Shown here: one piece after another, positions 30,011 through 39,368 of the stretch
Numbering within the stretch: the stretch's first letter is position 1
How the letters are laid out: every line of letters starts with the position of its first letter
Source: Alphaproteobacteria bacterium
GTDB taxonomy: Bacteria; Pseudomonadota; Alphaproteobacteria; UBA828
NCBI GenBank assembly: GCA_965214705.1
Contig: OZ243972.1
Location: 2,752,001 to 2,816,000 of the forward strand
Length of the DNA stretch: 64,000 bases
Direction of reading: 5' to 3'
Notes under the pieces: generated by a model
What the model saw: the letters and a program-made list of their open reading frames with translations, nothing else
Told to the model about the DNA's origin: nothing
The model's database searches: none
Program-made: the position numbers and the translations under genes

Positions 30011-30066
30011 TGTGGAGGGTGCGGCGCAGATGGATTGAAACCTCTCGAACAGGTTACAAAGCCGGA

Positions 30067-30102
30067 CTATACCGCGTCGGGCCGGCGGGCGAGGGCGACC
30101 GA
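30067..30102 (-). repeat. Displaced duplicate of the 3' end of the groEL-like gene
   Basis: 30067-30099 matches 32588-32620 at 29/33 nt; encodes VALARRPDAV* versus VALARRPDAA*. Confidence 0.8.
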
Positions 30103-31781
30103 GGGTGTGATTCTCGTATGGCGATATGCCAGTCGTGATGGCGCTAAAGGATATGGGCTGGTTCATTTTGGTCAAGCAGCGAGTGCCAGGACTTCGGTTG
30201 GGCTGATGTTGTCGTTAGCTGGTCCGGATCGGGCGTCCATGAGCGCATCCCATGCCCGGTCGAAGAGGCCGGATTTGATCAGGGCGCGGAAGGTCAGAAC
30301 CGCCTGCCCGCCGTCGATCCGCCAGCGCATGCCCGAGCGTTTCAAGCGCTGCGCGACGAGGGTCTTGCAGGCCGCCTCGACCACACCCGAGCCGATGGCG
30401 ATGCCCTCTTCCTTCAGGGCGTGGTAGCGCATCCGATGGCGGTGCTTTCGGAAGAAGGCCAGTTCGCGCTCGATCTCGGCCGGGTCCCCCTTTGCCCTGT
30501 CCAGGAGGTAGCGCAGTGCCCGGATCACCTTGTCGACGCCGCGGGGGTCGTGGCGCAGGATTTCGCGGTGCTTCTCGAACCAGTGGCGCGCCACCGCATG
30601 GTCAGAGGCCACGCGGAGATGCTCGCAAGCGTGCCAGAAGTCGATGACCTCGGTCTCGGGCGAGAGGCTTTCGAGGAAGGTCCAGTTGTCGGCGGCCCCG
30701 TCGGCGACGGCGCCGATCCTGATCTTCGGGCTCACACGGCGGATATGGGCGACCTCGCTTGCAAGTTGCGCTTTCAGCGCGGCCTTGCCGCTCTCGGGCA
30801 TACGGCCGAGATAGAGGGTCTTCAGCCGTTGGCCCTCGGCGTCGTGGAAGGAGACCGTGCCGCAAGAGGCCTCGCGCCAGCACGCCTCGGCACGGCCGTC
30901 CTCGCCGGCCCGCAGCGCCACCATGACGCCGTCAAGGGAGACGGACGCGGTGACCGCATCGGGCGGTATGCCCTGGGTTTCACGGATGCTGGCCAGCGTC
31001 TCCGGGGCGACGCTCTCCCAGTGCTCATGCATGCTCAGGGCCAGGCGCTGCAGCGTGCTCACCGACGGCGTCATTCCGCCCATTTTCGCGAAGAACTCCT
31101 CCGCTTCACGCGGCGTACAGTGGCCCATCATCATCAGCCCGAGCTGCGCCGCCGGCCGCGTCAGGTAGTCGTCGATGAGGCCCAGGCTCTCGTCCACCGG
31201 CACCAGCGACGTGCTGCTCGCGCCGCTGCGATAGCGCGCACGCCGATAGGTCACGGGACCGAGCGTCGTCATGATCGTCTTCGGCGTCGCCGCCACCCGG
31301 ACCCAGCTCTGTCCGTCGCGCTCGATCCGGCTCGCACCGTCGTCGCGGCTCTCGGCGAAGGCCCCAAGGAGCTTGCAACCCAAGCCGTTCATGGCGTCCC
31401 GCAGCCCCGTCTCAACCGTTTCGAACGTCTCGGCAGACGGGTCAGACCCAGCCTGTTCGCGACAGAACTCCACCACCTGGGCGACCGCTTCGGCGACTTC
31501 GGCAGGCAGGCCCAAAAGGTCGATGGACGAGGCGATGAGAGACTGCGACACTGGCATGGGAACGCTCCTGATGTTGGGTCTGATGTTGGGTTGTCGGCGC
31601 GGCATCCTACCGCATCTCGCGGTGCGGAGCGTTCCCACCCACCACTGCTGGATGCCGCCGTTGTGACAAAATCCGGCCCTGCACCGGCCGATTGTCACGA
31701 AAACCCGATTCTGGCTGCCTACGGCCACCCGCCAATCGCGCTAAATCAATGACTTACGATCGCCATGCCAGACCTACACCC
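30103..31781 (-). mobile_element. ISKra4-like (IS256/ISLre2-related) insertion sequence
   Basis: Imperfect 23-bp TIRs GGGTGTGATTCTCGTATGGCGAT / GGGTGTAGGTCTGGCATGGCGAT; 8-bp target duplication GCGACCGA (30095-30102, 31782-31789). Confidence 0.9.
30172..31557 (-). CDS. ISKra4-like DDE transposase
   Basis: VSLDGVM, ADGAADNW, IDFWHACEHL, IGSGVVEAACK and RLKRSGMRW motifs. Confidence 0.88.
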   Translation of the reverse strand: MPVSQSLIASSIDLLGLPAEVAEAVAQVVEFCREQAGSDPSAETFETVETGLRDAMNGLGCKLLGAFAESRDDGASRIERDGQSWVRVAATPKTIMTTLGPVTYRRARYRSGASSTSLVPVDESLGLIDDYLTRPAAQLGLMMMGHCTPREAEEFFAKMGGMTPSVSTLQRLALSMHEHWESVAPETLASIRETQGIPPDAVTASVSLDGVMVALRAGEDGRAEACWREASCGTVSFHDAEGQRLKTLYLGRMPESGKAALKAQLASEVAHIRRVSPKIRIGAVADGAADNWTFLESLSPETEVIDFWHACEHLRVASDHAVARHWFEKHREILRHDPRGVDKVIRALRYLLDRAKGDPAEIERELAFFRKHRHRMRYHALKEEGIAIGSGVVEAACKTLVAQRLKRSGMRWRIDGGQAVLTFRALIKSGLFDRAWDALMDARSGPANDNISPTEVLALAA

Positions 31782-31818
31782 GCGACCGAAGCCCTAACCT
31801 CCAATATGGAGTCTCAAC

Positions 31819-32499
31819 ATGAATGGCAGGCCTTTCTGTTCCCCAATTCAGCACATTTCCACATTGGGAAAGTTTATAAGAAAAGTGATCCTATACCCAA
31901 CAGTGGCAGCGTCATTCGCGCTCGCCTCCGCTGCATATGCTCAGATGAATATCGAGGATTTGGCGCAAGCGGTGGCTTCTGGGGACGTTGAGATTATGTC
32001 GATCACTGGTAATGGAGGTTCGTCGGGACCTGTTTTGGAAGGATACTTGTTCAACAAGAGTTTGGTTTCAAGGAATCTTGATGTTCGATTAGGTACGCCA
32101 CTATTTTTCAAGAACAAAGGCGTCGGCCAAAACATGATAGCAACGCAAATCTACCAGAGAGACTTATCCTACATGTCTGACGGTGAGAATTCCTTCATTA
32201 CTTTGGGGCCCAATGAGCGTCTCTCGATAATGCTCATTGCCTATTGCGTGGACTTCTATAAAGAAAACCCATCGGGAGATGATTCGTTTTCGATCACAGG
32301 TATTCCATCGAACTTGATTGGCATCGCAAGAAAGATATCTGCTTACGAAGGAGCTAATCCAAGCAGGAACGTGACGTTAAGTGCACAACTTGCTCTGTGG
32401 AAGGCTCAAGGCATTAGTCTCAAAGAAATAAGAGAAAGATTCCCATTTGGCCCTGCCGATGAAACGGAGATGCGCGCAATTCTACGTACAAGTGAGTAA
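31819..32499 (+). CDS. Low-GC secreted hypothetical protein with thioester-domain-like YC / QxxxW motifs
   Basis: Signal-like ASFALASAAYA; AYCVDFYKENP and SAQLALW; AT-rich compared with flanks. Confidence 0.6.
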   Translation: MNGRPFCSPIQHISTLGKFIRKVILYPTVAASFALASAAYAQMNIEDLAQAVASGDVEIMSITGNGGSSGPVLEGYLFNKSLVSRNLDVRLGTPLFFKNKGVGQNMIATQIYQRDLSYMSDGENSFITLGPNERLSIMLIAYCVDFYKENPSGDDSFSITGIPSNLIGIARKISAYEGANPSRNVTLSAQLALWKAQGISLKEIRERFPFGPADETEMRAILRTSE

Positions 32500-32587
32500 G
32501 GACGAACATACTGGTGCCAAAAGACAATTTGTACAGACAAGGTAATCGACTGACAGTTGCCGCCTGCGGTGGCACGGGTTATCCACG

Positions 32588-34183
32588 CTAAGCCGCGTCC
32601 GGACGGCGGGCGAGGGCGACAGCGCAGCCCGTGGACAAGAGCTGGCCTGCGGTGACGGAGGCATTGATGAGCGCCGTCGTGGTCACGCGGGTCGCATCGA
32701 TCACGCCCGCTTCCCGATAGGGGCGGAAGGCCCCCCCGCGCGCGTCGAAGCCGATGTCCGCCGGGGCCTCCTTTAGCCTTTCCAGGGCAAGCGCCGGCTC
32801 GCACCCGGCGGCACCCGCGATCCGGCGGAAAGGCTCCTTCAGGGCACGGGCGAAGGCGCGGCGCTCGGGCTCGCCGGTGCCGACCGCGCCGTTCTCGATG
32901 GCGAAGGCCGCGCGCGCGAGCGCCACGCCCCCGCCCGCCACCACGCCGTCCTTCGCGGCGGCCCGGGCGGTGTTCAGCGCGTTCTCGCAGGCCTTGTAGC
33001 GCGCCTTCCATGCGGTCTCGGTGACGCCGCCGACCCGAATGTTGGCGACGCCCGAGACCAGCCGGGCGAGGCGGGCCTCGTACTTGCCCCGGTCGTAACT
33101 CTTCCGCTCGTGCTCGATGGCGTCGCGAATCTGCGCGGCCCGGCGCTCCACCGCCTCCGGCGTGCCGCCGCCGCCGAAGATGGTGGTCGAGACTCCGTCC
33201 ACGATCGCCCGCTTGGCACTGCCGAGAGCCGAGCCATCGACCTTCTCCGGCATCAACCCCGTCTCCTCGCCGACCAGGCGCCCGCCGGTGAGCACGGCGA
33301 CGTCGTCGGTGGCGGCGTGGCGGTAGATGCCGGACTCGGGCCCCTTCACCGCCGCACAGTGCACCGTGCTCTCTCGGTGGTTGGTGAGCATGACGGCGAG
33401 CGCCTGGTCGGAGACGTCCTGAGCCAGCACCAGCAAGCTCCGCTTGGCCTCGCGCGCCGCCTCCAGCGCCGGCAGGAGCTGGGCCGTCTCGGTCAGCTCG
33501 CCCTGGCACATGAGCAGGAAAGGCTGGTCGAGCTTGACCTCCGTCTCGCCCGCCTTGAGCAGGAAGTTGCGCGAGAGCAGACCGTGCTCGAAGGCCATGC
33601 CGCTCATGAAGTCGACCGTCGTATCGACGCCCTGGTGATAGGAGATGTTGACCACGCCCTCGGCGCCGAGCCGCTCCACCGCCTCGGCCACGAGGTCAGC
33701 GATCTCCGCGTCGCCGTCGGCGGCGACGCCGGCGAGCTGCGCCAGCATCGCGCGGCCTGAGACCGGGCCGCTCTGCGGCTCGAGCGCCGCGAGCGCCTCG
33801 CGCGTGAGCGCCTCGAAGTCGCGCCGCACCGAGGGCGGATCGATCCCCGCCGCCACCAGGCGCAAGCCTGCCTCGGCGAAGGCGCCCGCGAGCAGAGCCG
33901 TGGTGGTCGAGCCGTCGCCCACCGCGTCGCGGGTCTTCTTGACACAGGCCTTGAGCAGCTCCGTGCCGAGAGTCGCGAAGCGGTCCTCGTCCTCCAGGTC
34001 CCTGATGGCGGTGAAGCCATCGCGGGTGAGCTCGGGGTAGTCGTCCGCGCGCTCCAGCACGACGCGGCCGCCGTGGGGGCCTAGCGTCAGCCCCGCGAGC
34101 CGCGCGGTGTGCCCAAAACCCGCCATCAACGCCTCGCGGGCGTCCGCGCCGGTCTTTATGTGCTTGGGCCGCTCAAGCGCCAT
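32588..34183 (-). CDS. Divergent chaperonin GroEL/Cpn60 paralogue
   Basis: TLGPHG, TRDG, GDGSTT, RVGGVTE, GVVAGGG and GVIDATRV motifs; no GGM tail and no adjacent groES. Confidence 0.88.
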   Translation of the reverse strand: MALERPKHIKTGADAREALMAGFGHTARLAGLTLGPHGGRVVLERADDYPELTRDGFTAIRDLEDEDRFATLGTELLKACVKKTRDAVGDGSTTTALLAGAFAEAGLRLVAAGIDPPSVRRDFEALTREALAALEPQSGPVSGRAMLAQLAGVAADGDAEIADLVAEAVERLGAEGVVNISYHQGVDTTVDFMSGMAFEHGLLSRNFLLKAGETEVKLDQPFLLMCQGELTETAQLLPALEAAREAKRSLLVLAQDVSDQALAVMLTNHRESTVHCAAVKGPESGIYRHAATDDVAVLTGGRLVGEETGLMPEKVDGSALGSAKRAIVDGVSTTIFGGGGTPEAVERRAAQIRDAIEHERKSYDRGKYEARLARLVSGVANIRVGGVTETAWKARYKACENALNTARAAAKDGVVAGGGVALARAAFAIENGAVGTGEPERRAFARALKEPFRRIAGAAGCEPALALERLKEAPADIGFDARGGAFRPYREAGVIDATRVTTTALINASVTAGQLLSTGCAVALARRPDAA

Positions 34184-34279
34184 GCGCCGATCTTCCGCGC
34201 TACTGAGCAGCGGTCAACGGCAACGGCGCGGCCGGGACGTTTTCCTCGGCCGCGCCGCGCCTTGTCGAACGGGAGCGGA

Positions 34280-35638
34280 TCAGGCCGCGCTGAAGCGGTT
34301 CCACTCCTTGATGTAGCTGGTCACATGCGTGGGCCACACCATCCAGAACGCGATGTTGGACTGACGCCGGGTCTTCGGGCCGGTGTCGCGGTCCTTGCCC
34401 ATGTACCAGCGGCGGTAGTCCTCCACGGTCAGGAAGTTGAGTACCGGGTCCGGACAGGGCGAGTAGTAGCCCTGCGGCGCCACCGCCGAGCCCCACCAGC
34501 CGTCGAGGCACCAGTCCATGTAGGCCATGGCGACCTCGGGCTCCGGCGCTTCGCTGGAGAGGCACATGGTGTGGACCCAGGCGGCCGTGCCCTCGAAGAC
34601 GTCGACGTACCAGCACGGGATGCCGCGCTTCTTCACGTCCTCCACCACCGGGTTCCAGCAGTCCATGCCCCACACCTCCTCGGAGGCGAGCAGGTTCACG
34701 GCCTCGCCGTAGTTGTTCCAGATGAGGCGGAACACGCCGTCGTTCTTGGCGGCGATGAGGTAGTCCACCACGCCTGCCACCTCGTCCGGCTCCATGTCGG
34801 AGTTGCCGACCTTGGGCGGGTCCATGATCCCGTTCTTCCAGAGGAAGCTGTAGGCGCGCGGCGGCCCCATCAGCTCGTCGTTCTGGATCGAGGTCTTGCC
34901 GACCGCGTCCACGTCGCGCCACTTGCCGGTGTAGAGCAGCCCAAGCGAGTCGGGGATCGCGAAGTCCGGCTGAGTCGGCGCGAACTTGTGCGGCAGCACG
35001 CCGAGCGCGTCCATGTTGTAGAACTGGGGCACGCCGTAGAACGAATCCTTGTTCTCGTCCCAGTAGACGATGTTGGACGGCCAGCCGGTCACCTCGTCGG
35101 CGCCGATGTGGCCGGGCTGGGTGTAGAGCGAATCGGCGAACTCCCAGTTGGTGATCTTCTCGGCCGGGATCGGCACAATCACCTCGGCCTCCCGCAGCGC
35201 CGGCTGGCGGTAGGCGTTGGTCTCGACCATCGAGTAGGTCTTGTTGCCGCCGGTGATGAACTTGGTGATCATCTCGCTCAAGCCCGCCACCGTACCGGTC
35301 ACGTCGAGGCCGGTGTCCTCCTTGAACCTGTTGAAGAAGCGCTCCTGCACCGAGACTCCAAGTCCGATGGTCTGCATCGGGTCGTCCTGGGTGATGCCTG
35401 CCACGCGCTCCGCGAGGCCCGCCTTCGCAGTGCCCGTGCCGAGCACGGTGCCGGCCGCGGCCGCGGTCACGCCGGCTGCGGCGAGGAAGGTGCGGCGGTC
35501 GATGCCTCCGCCCTCCTGCTCCTCCGCCTCGGCATCGCGGAAGCGCTTGATCGCCTTCTCCTCCGCTGCCATCGCGGTATGGAGATCCATCCGGTCCGAC
35601 AGATGCTCGTACTTCTTCTCCAGATGTTTGCTGTCCAT
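34280..35638 (-). CDS. Tat-exported PotD/PotF-like substrate-binding protein
   Basis: RRTFL twin-arginine signal; follows the Pot-type permease genes. Confidence 0.8.
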   Translation of the reverse strand: MDSKHLEKKYEHLSDRMDLHTAMAAEEKAIKRFRDAEAEEQEGGGIDRRTFLAAAGVTAAAAGTVLGTGTAKAGLAERVAGITQDDPMQTIGLGVSVQERFFNRFKEDTGLDVTGTVAGLSEMITKFITGGNKTYSMVETNAYRQPALREAEVIVPIPAEKITNWEFADSLYTQPGHIGADEVTGWPSNIVYWDENKDSFYGVPQFYNMDALGVLPHKFAPTQPDFAIPDSLGLLYTGKWRDVDAVGKTSIQNDELMGPPRAYSFLWKNGIMDPPKVGNSDMEPDEVAGVVDYLIAAKNDGVFRLIWNNYGEAVNLLASEEVWGMDCWNPVVEDVKKRGIPCWYVDVFEGTAAWVHTMCLSSEAPEPEVAMAYMDWCLDGWWGSAVAPQGYYSPCPDPVLNFLTVEDYRRWYMGKDRDTGPKTRRQSNIAFWMVWPTHVTSYIKEWNRFSAA

Positions 35639-35705
35639 GGTCTCCTCCCTGTGCAGTCTCCGTTTCCCAATCGCGGCCGGCCCGAAAAGCGACCTGCCGG
35701 CCCGA

Positions 35706-36587
35706 CTAAACCTGGTGCTCCTCCTGCCCTCTGAAGCGGGGCCGGTAACGACTCGCGGTCATCAAGTACCCGAAGATGCCGATCACCGCGAACGAGATCA
35801 ACGTGATGATGACGCCCACCGCGAAGATGCGGGGCGTAATGCGGATCGTGGTCGCGCCCAGCACGTCCAAGGGCAGCGTGTTCTGCGATCCGGCCACCAG
35901 CACGGTGCGGGCGAACTCGTCGAACGAGAGCGTAAAGCCGAAGAGCGCGGACGCCATGATGCCGGGCTTCATGATCGGCAGCGTGATGTGCCAGAACGTG
36001 CGCCAGCTGTTGGCGCCCAGGCACATTGCCGCCTCCTCCGTCGAGCGGTCGAAGCGGTTGAACACCGTCAGCATCACGATGAAGCAGAACGGGAAGGTCC
36101 AGAGGATGTGGACCGGCAGCGTGGTGCCCAGCCAGTGCTTGTCGATGCCGATGCCCTGCCAGAACAGCGCGTGGCCCAGGCCCACGGTGACGCCGGGGAT
36201 CATGATGCCGACTAGGTAGAGGTAGAAGATCGGACCCGCGCCCAGGAAGCGCGCGCGCATCGCCTGCGCCGCCATGGTGGCGAGCACGGTCGAGATGCAC
36301 ATGACGAGCAGCGCGAGCACCAGTGAGCGCAGGCCGGCATTGCCGAAATCGCCCACGTACTCGCCGATGTCGCGCGCTGTGCCCGAGGGGTTGAAGAGCC
36401 GCTCGTACCAGAAAATGCTGGTCCCCTGCATGGGGAAGGTCGGCCCGCCGTCCTCGCCCTGGAAGGAGAGGATCGCCATGACGATGAAGGGCCCGTAGAG
36501 CATCAGCACGAAGAGCACCACGTAGATCGCGAGGACGATCTTGACCCAGCCGAACTTGGCGACGTGATAGCTCGTTGGCTCCGCCAC
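35706..36587 (-). CDS. PotC-like ABC permease
   Basis: EEAAMCLGA and TLSFDEF motifs. Confidence 0.9.
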   Translation of the reverse strand: MAEPTSYHVAKFGWVKIVLAIYVVLFVLMLYGPFIVMAILSFQGEDGGPTFPMQGTSIFWYERLFNPSGTARDIGEYVGDFGNAGLRSLVLALLVMCISTVLATMAAQAMRARFLGAGPIFYLYLVGIMIPGVTVGLGHALFWQGIGIDKHWLGTTLPVHILWTFPFCFIVMLTVFNRFDRSTEEAAMCLGANSWRTFWHITLPIMKPGIMASALFGFTLSFDEFARTVLVAGSQNTLPLDVLGATTIRITPRIFAVGVIITLISFAVIGIFGYLMTASRYRPRFRGQEEHQV

Positions 36588-36590
36588 GGC

Positions 36591-37496
36591 TCAGAGCTCC
36601 CGTCGCAGATTGACGAACTGGAAGATCAGCACGATCACCGGAATCGAGACGAGCACCATGACCACCGCCACGGCCGACGCCGCCGGCCACTGCAGCAGGC
36701 CCTGCTGCTGGATCAGCACGTTGGCCAGCATGGTGGTCTTGCCGCCGCCGATGAACTTCTGAATCGCGAACTCGCCCATCATCACGACGAAGACGAAGAG
36801 GATGCCGGTCGCGAGCCCCGGCTTGGTCAGCGGCACGATGATCCTCCAGAAGGTGGTCCAGGCCGAGGCGCCGAGGTCGCGCGCCGCCTCGATCACCTGG
36901 CGGTCGATCTTGGCCATGGAGAAGTAGATCGGGCCGATCATGAACACCGACCAGATGATCGCCATGGAGAAGACCATGCTGGGTTCGCTGTAGAGCAGGA
37001 TCTCCGCCGGCTCGTCGATGATGCCGATCCCCATCAGGATCTGGTTGATCAGGCCCTTGCGTCCCAGCAGCGGCAGCCACGCCACCATGCGGATCAGCGC
37101 GCTGGTCCAGAACGGCACGATGCAGAGCAGCAGGATGTAGAGCTTGAGCCGCTCGCTCTTCACGAAGAAGCAGACGTAGTAGGCCACCGGATAGCAGAGC
37201 AGCACCATCAGCGGCAGCACGATAATGGCGATCAGGAAGGTGAAGCCCAGGGTCTGCAGGTAGGTCGCGGTGGTGAAGAACTCGATGTAGTTTTCGAGCA
37301 CGAAGCCCGGCTTCATGCCGTAAGCCCAGGGCTTGTAGAAGCTGAAGACCACGACCGAGACCAGCGGGATGCCGCAGAAGAGCGCCATCACGATGGTAGG
37401 CGCCGCCACCAGCATGAGGGCCTGGCGCGCGCGCTTCTTGGTGAGCGTCATCCCGGACGAAAGGGCCGGGACCGGCGTTTGGGTTACGTCCGTCAC
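36591..37496 (-). CDS. PotB-like ABC permease
   Basis: VPFWTSALIR and EAARDLGA motifs. Confidence 0.9.
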   Translation of the reverse strand: MTDVTQTPVPALSSGMTLTKKRARQALMLVAAPTIVMALFCGIPLVSVVVFSFYKPWAYGMKPGFVLENYIEFFTTATYLQTLGFTFLIAIIVLPLMVLLCYPVAYYVCFFVKSERLKLYILLLCIVPFWTSALIRMVAWLPLLGRKGLINQILMGIGIIDEPAEILLYSEPSMVFSMAIIWSVFMIGPIYFSMAKIDRQVIEAARDLGASAWTTFWRIIVPLTKPGLATGILFVFVVMMGEFAIQKFIGGGKTTMLANVLIQQQGLLQWPAASAVAVVMVLVSIPVIVLIFQFVNLRREL

Positions 37497-37556
37497 CTGG
37501 CCTTCGTCCCGCCAGTCATGGCTGCCTGCGCCCCCGTGGCGGTGCGGTCCGCGCGC

Positions 37557-38639
37557 TCACTCGAATACCACCAGCGCATCGTCGGTGTTCCAGCCCACTC
37601 TCACCTTGTCGCCGTGGCCGAGCGCGGTAATCGCCGGCGGCGGCTCGTGCTCGTCGACACGGATCGAATCGCCGCTCGGCAGGTCGACGTTGAACTCGAT
37701 CTGCGAGGTCTCGAAGATGGAGAACGACACTTGGCCCTCCACCGTGTTCTCCGGCGTCTCGCCGTTCAGCAGCAGGTTGGTCAGGCTCGCCCGCACCACC
37801 ACGTGGCAGTCCTTGCGCGCCGGCGCGTCGTCTGCGATGCGCGCGCGGAAGGTGCCGGCCGGTCCGGTGACGGTGGCGACGCCGTTCTCCACGCCGGTGA
37901 TCTCGCCCGCCAGGATATTGTTCTTACCCACGAACTGGGCGACGAACAGGTTCTTGGGGCGGTGGGTCACCTCCTCCGGCGGGCCGATCTGCTCGATCCG
38001 GCCCAGGTTCATAATCACCACCCGGTCGGAAACCGCGAAGGCCTCGGTCTGGGTGTGGGTGACGTGCACGAAAGCGACGCCGAAGTCGGTGTTGAGGCGG
38101 CGCAGCTCGCGCTGCATCCGCAGGCGCAGGTTCGCGTCGAGCGAGCCCAGCGGCTCGTCGAGCAGGAGCACATCCGGCCGCGTGACCAGCGCCCGCGCCA
38201 GGCCGACGCGCTGCTGCTGGCCGCCCGAGAGCTGCTGGATCGCCCGGTCGGCCAGGTCCTCGATATCCACGGCGCGCAGCATCTCCAGCGCGCGCTGGGC
38301 GCGCTCCCTTGACGAGACATTGCGCATGCGCAGGCCGAACTCGACGTTCTGCGCCACCGACATGTGCGGGAATAGCGCGAAGTGCTGGAACACCATGGCG
38401 GTGTTGCGCTCGTGCGGCTCCAGGTGGGTGCAGTCGCGGCCCGCGATCAGGATCTGGCCGTCCGTGGGCTCCTCGAAGCCGGAGATCATGCGCAGCGTGG
38501 TGGTCTTGCCGCAGCCCGACGGGCCGATGAAGGAGATGTACTCACCCTGAGCGATGTGGAGCGTCATCTCGTCGACGGCGAGGATGTCCCTGCCGAAACG
38601 CTTGGTGACGTTGATCAGATCGACGGCAATGTCGCTCAT
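37557..38639 (-). CDS. PotA-like ABC ATP-binding protein
   Basis: GPSGCGKTT, LSGGQQQR, LLDEP and HVTH motifs; C-terminal TOBE-like region. Confidence 0.92.
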   Translation of the reverse strand: MSDIAVDLINVTKRFGRDILAVDEMTLHIAQGEYISFIGPSGCGKTTTLRMISGFEEPTDGQILIAGRDCTHLEPHERNTAMVFQHFALFPHMSVAQNVEFGLRMRNVSSRERAQRALEMLRAVDIEDLADRAIQQLSGGQQQRVGLARALVTRPDVLLLDEPLGSLDANLRLRMQRELRRLNTDFGVAFVHVTHTQTEAFAVSDRVVIMNLGRIEQIGPPEEVTHRPKNLFVAQFVGKNNILAGEITGVENGVATVTGPAGTFRARIADDAPARKDCHVVVRASLTNLLLNGETPENTVEGQVSFSIFETSQIEFNVDLPSGDSIRVDEHEPPPAITALGHGDKVRVGWNTDDALVVFE

Positions 38640-38809
38640 GCCGCTCCCTACCGCTCCCGTGCCCCCGGCCGCCGCGCGACCTCGCCTCGCCAGCCCGACC
38701 ACAAGTTATTGATATTATTATCCTCTGACGCGAGCCAAGGTTAAGTCTAACTGTCGTCGGAGCGCGCCGTCAACTCGACGGCCACGTGGGCGACGTGCGA
38801 GACGATTTG

Positions 38810-39334
38810 TCAGCGGGCGACGGCGTCGCCCTCCAGGTAGCGCGCGGGCCAGCCGATGCCCTGCCATGTCTGAATCTGCACGGGGTCGAGGCGGATCAGC
38901 CAGCGCTTCCAGCTCATCGTGGGCTCCAGGTAGCTCGGGCCGTTCTCACCGTAGTAGCGGATCGACATGGTGCGGGCCACCTCCACCCAGCGGCCGCCCA
39001 CATTCGGCTGCTCGACGATCGCTGCCTCGCACTGGGCGAGGAAGCGTCGCTGCACGCCGGCATCGGAGGCGCGGTCGGCAGCCGAGGATTCGTCGATGGT
39101 CACCGCACAGCGCGGTCTCGCTTCGAGGTAGCGCGCCCAGGCGGAGCGCGCCCGCGGCACAACCCAGAGCGTAGCGCCATCCCACTGATACCAGCAGGGC
39201 ACGACGTAGGGCCAATGGTTGTCGTCGAGACAAGCGACGCGGGCGAGGAACGGCTCATTTAGAAAGCCATCGATCTCGTCCGCGCTCATCTTGCCGATCT
39301 TGCCGCGCCAGCTCTTGCTCTCCTGTGCACTCAT
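38810..39334 (-). CDS. Pyridoxamine 5'-phosphate oxidase-like split-barrel protein
   Basis: MSADEIDGFL...ARVAC...PYVVPCWY pattern. Confidence 0.8.
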   Translation of the reverse strand: MSAQESKSWRGKIGKMSADEIDGFLNEPFLARVACLDDNHWPYVVPCWYQWDGATLWVVPRARSAWARYLEARPRCAVTIDESSAADRASDAGVQRRFLAQCEAAIVEQPNVGGRWVEVARTMSIRYYGENGPSYLEPTMSWKRWLIRLDPVQIQTWQGIGWPARYLEGDAVAR

Positions 39335-39368
39335 CGTCTACCCCTCAACCGCCACAAACGGCGTTGCG

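Noticed and set aside
31568-31592. 12-bp tandem repeat upstream of the ISKra4-like transposase
   Set aside because: Two-copy slippage inside the IS leader with no evident function
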